Under the pieces are notes generated by a model that saw only the letters and a list, made by a program, of their open reading frames with translations, had not been told where the DNA came from and did not search any database. The translations under genes and the position numbers were made by a program. A stretch of 64,000 nt of DNA, from the IMG/VR virus record IMGVR_UViG_3300044698_000251, positions 822 to 64,821 of that record, one strand, 5' to 3'. This document shows positions 62,279 to 64,000 of the stretch, piece by piece (within the stretch, counting starts at the first letter, position 1; the number at the start of each line of letters is the position of its first letter). The stretch is from a virus.

Positions 62279-62357
62279 CGCCGTTTTACGGATCATTCTA
62301 CGCGAATGCCTGCCCGAACTGGCGTGAAACGGGCGGCAGTTCACAGGATGAGCAGGG

Positions 62358-62672
62358 CTATTCATCCTGCTCATCCTCGGCCTGCGTGCCACCCCCGCGC
62401 CCCGCGTAGTCACCCGACTCGGTGTAGTTCCGGAACGCGTCCTGCACCACGCCGAGTTTGATCTCAAGGCGCGCCGCGATCTGCCGGTACGACAGCTTCT
62501 CCTCGCGATGCAGGCGCCTGATCAGACGCGTCCGCTCCGGCGCCCAAGCTCTGTTGCGCACCAGCTGCTCAGCCATGATCCGGCTCTTCGCCTTCACTCG
62601 CTGCTCCTCATCGGCGATCTGCTCGACCGCTTTAAGGGCGTCCGACACGCGGCGCACCTCCTCGTCGCTCAT
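62358..62672 (-). CDS. HTH DNA-binding protein (sigma region-4-like HTH)
   Basis: AAGGGG RBS; R.RLIRRLH..LSYRQIAARLEIKLGVVQ. Confidence 0.72.
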   Translation of the reverse strand: MSDEEVRRVSDALKAVEQIADEEQRVKAKSRIMAEQLVRNRAWAPERTRLIRRLHREEKLSYRQIAARLEIKLGVVQDAFRNYTESGDYAGRGGGTQAEDEQDE

Positions 62673-62706
62673 TCCGGCCCCTTCATTCGGTGGGGCGCTT
62701 GCCATG

Positions 62707-62729
62707 CACTGTAGGTGCCACCTACAGTG
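62707..62729. promoter_or_regulatory. Perfect palindrome carrying back-to-back -10 elements
   Basis: CACTGTAGGTG-C-CACCTACAGTG; TACAGT on both strands; lies between divergent genes. Confidence 0.7.
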
Positions 62730-62831
62730 TTGAGCAAGCAGTCCGCACTGCTGACGCAAGACGGCCCGGCAGGAGATCTCACCCTCCTGCCGGGCCAGCC
62801 ACCACACCTGATCTCACCAGGGAGCGACTCC

Positions 62832-63182
62832 GTGGATCGTATCGACCAGCAGCCCCACCAGCACAGCCCCGGCGCGCACACCGCCCCGCTTCCCACCCCC
62901 GCGACCGTCGCCCACGCGAACGGCCTGACCTTCAAGGTCATCAACGGGAACAGCAACTACGCCCGCGTCGCCCGCAACGTCCGCCAGCTCACCATGGCCG
63001 ACGGCAGCGAGTGGACCGTCGGCCTCCCCATCGGCTGGCGCGGCATCGAAGCCGCCTGGCACGCCATCGAGACGCCGGAACAGGCCGCCGCCCGCATCCA
63101 CGCGTACGGGGAGTCCACGGCGCGCCGCGACCGCCTCACCCTCGGCCTCCGCGCCACACGTACCGGGGCGGTGCAGGCATGA
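62832..63182 (+). CDS. Hypothetical protein
   Basis: GGGAG RBS. Confidence 0.55.
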   Translation: MDRIDQQPHQHSPGAHTAPLPTPATVAHANGLTFKVINGNSNYARVARNVRQLTMADGSEWTVGLPIGWRGIEAAWHAIETPEQAAARIHAYGESTARRDRLTLGLRATRTGAVQA

Positions 63183-63295
63183 GCGAGCATTCCCGTCCCA
63201 CCGAAGGCACCCCGCAACCCCTCCCCGTACCCGCACCCCGCCCACACCCGCAGGACGCCCCCCTCCCGCGACGCACCCCCGGAGGCTCCCTGTGA
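63179..63295 (+). CDS. Small Pro-rich hypothetical protein
   Basis: ATGA/GTGA coupling at both ends. Confidence 0.4.
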   Translation: MSEHSRPTEGTPQPLPVPAPRPHPQDAPLPRRTPGGSL

Positions 63296-63426
63296 GCTAC
63301 GAAGGCCCCACCTGCACCGGATGCGGCGGCCAAGGCGGCTACCCCGAGACGATCCCTCTCCCCGACGGCGGCCACAACACCATCTTCCGCACCTGCCCCA
63401 CCTGCAACGGAAGGGGCACCCAGTGA
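63292..63426 (+). CDS. 44-aa DnaJ-like zinc-finger microprotein
   Basis: GGAGG RBS; CTGCGGQG and CPTCNGRG (CxxCxGxG twice). Confidence 0.6.
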   Translation: MSYEGPTCTGCGGQGGYPETIPLPDGGHNTIFRTCPTCNGRGTQ

Positions 63427-63533
63427 CCTGCTGCGGCCAACCCATGCAACCCCAAGGCCAGCAACTCGTCTGCCAAAAGTGCGGCGCCTGGTTCATCCCC
63501 GGCACCAGCGGCCAAAGCGCCAGCCGCCCCTGA
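63423..63533 (+). CDS. 36-aa zinc-ribbon microprotein
   Basis: GTGA coupling; CCGQPM...VCQKCGAW. Confidence 0.55.
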   Translation: MTCCGQPMQPQGQQLVCQKCGAWFIPGTSGQSASRP

Positions 63534-63654
63534 ACCGCTGTGGCGCGAGACCATCCCCCCTCGCGCCCCAGCCCCCGCCAGGCCGAACCAGGGCCACCGC
63601 CTCACACGCAGCCGGGAGCACGCACCGCACCATCCGCCGATCAAGGAGACGCAC

Positions 63655-63876
63655 ATGCCGAAGCGCGGCAAGAACGATGACCGGTTGAAGGGCCGCGAGT
63701 TGGTGTCCCGGCGCCTCCAGCAGGCCGGCCTCACGGTGGCCGGAGAGCCCGGCGCCCGGGTCGCCAACTGGGTGTCCGAGGCCATCGGCTGCGGCCGTAT
63801 CAGCGTGCCGCAAGCCGAGCCGGAGCCCGCCCCCAGCCGGGACTACCCGATCCGCATCCCCAGCAAGCCGGTCTGA
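63655..63876 (+). CDS. Hypothetical protein
   Basis: AAGGAG RBS. Confidence 0.6.
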   Translation: MPKRGKNDDRLKGRELVSRRLQQAGLTVAGEPGARVANWVSEAIGCGRISVPQAEPEPAPSRDYPIRIPSKPV

Positions 63877-63923
63877 CCAGACCGCAGCCCCGCCCCGCCG
63901 CCAACCACCCCGAGGAGAACCGC

Positions 63924-64000
63924 ATGCCCGGCAAGAAGGCCCCGTCGACCGACCTGTCCACCCCGACGGCCGTCGAGAAGAGCCAGAAGGTCTACGACCG
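63924..64000 (+). CDS. Hypothetical protein (3'-truncated by window edge)
   Basis: GAGGAG RBS, ATG 63924. Confidence 0.45.
   Translation, partial: MPGKKAPSTDLSTPTAVEKSQKVYD

Noticed and set aside
1-64000. CRISPR array, rRNA, tRNA, IS/transposase, diversity-generating retroelement, terminase small subunit
   Set aside because: No regularly spaced repeats, cloverleaf, DDE or reverse-transcriptase motifs seen; terS is not recognisable and may lie outside the window

Overview
The whole 64-kb window reads as the genome of a high-GC temperate siphovirus of an actinomycete. The host is most likely Streptomyces (inferred from GC content, WhiB genes and gene families). No host chromosome, rRNA, tRNA or CRISPR array is visible. 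Left to right: a sugar activation/modification/transfer cluster (1-3962); terminase, portal, a 2H-phosphoesterase/MuF/protease fusion and two capsid proteins (4005-13900); tail genes with a beta-helix tailspike and a GH33 sialidase (13913-28133); a DUF2829/Tad2-like gene, lysis genes and a GT-B glycosyltransferase (28195-30947); a leftward WhiB/HTH block; a central tyrosine integrase, repressor and Cro switch (32845-35198); a long rightward early region (antirepressor, Rad52-like annealase, DnaQ, RusA, two WhiB fusions, vWA, ParB-methyltransferase, initiator/DnaC/DnaB, HNHs, a frameshifted PAPS-reductase-like gene, many small ORFs); and a short leftward block at 60.5-62.7 kb. The main observations not explained by the gene list are: (i) a 7-copy non-canonical promoter-like motif, CCGGAATGATC-N16-nACnnT, found only upstream of late-region genes, four copies apparently leaderless and one buried inside the fused head gene; (ii) a glycan synthesis pathway and two glycan-degrading tail-region enzymes in one phage; (iii) two candidate anti-nucleotide-signalling proteins; (iv) a G9 tract that switches a PAPS-reductase-like gene out of frame. 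All calls come from reading motifs by eye; no database searches were run. Start codons were adjusted from the ORF track where an RBS or stop/start overlap supported it.
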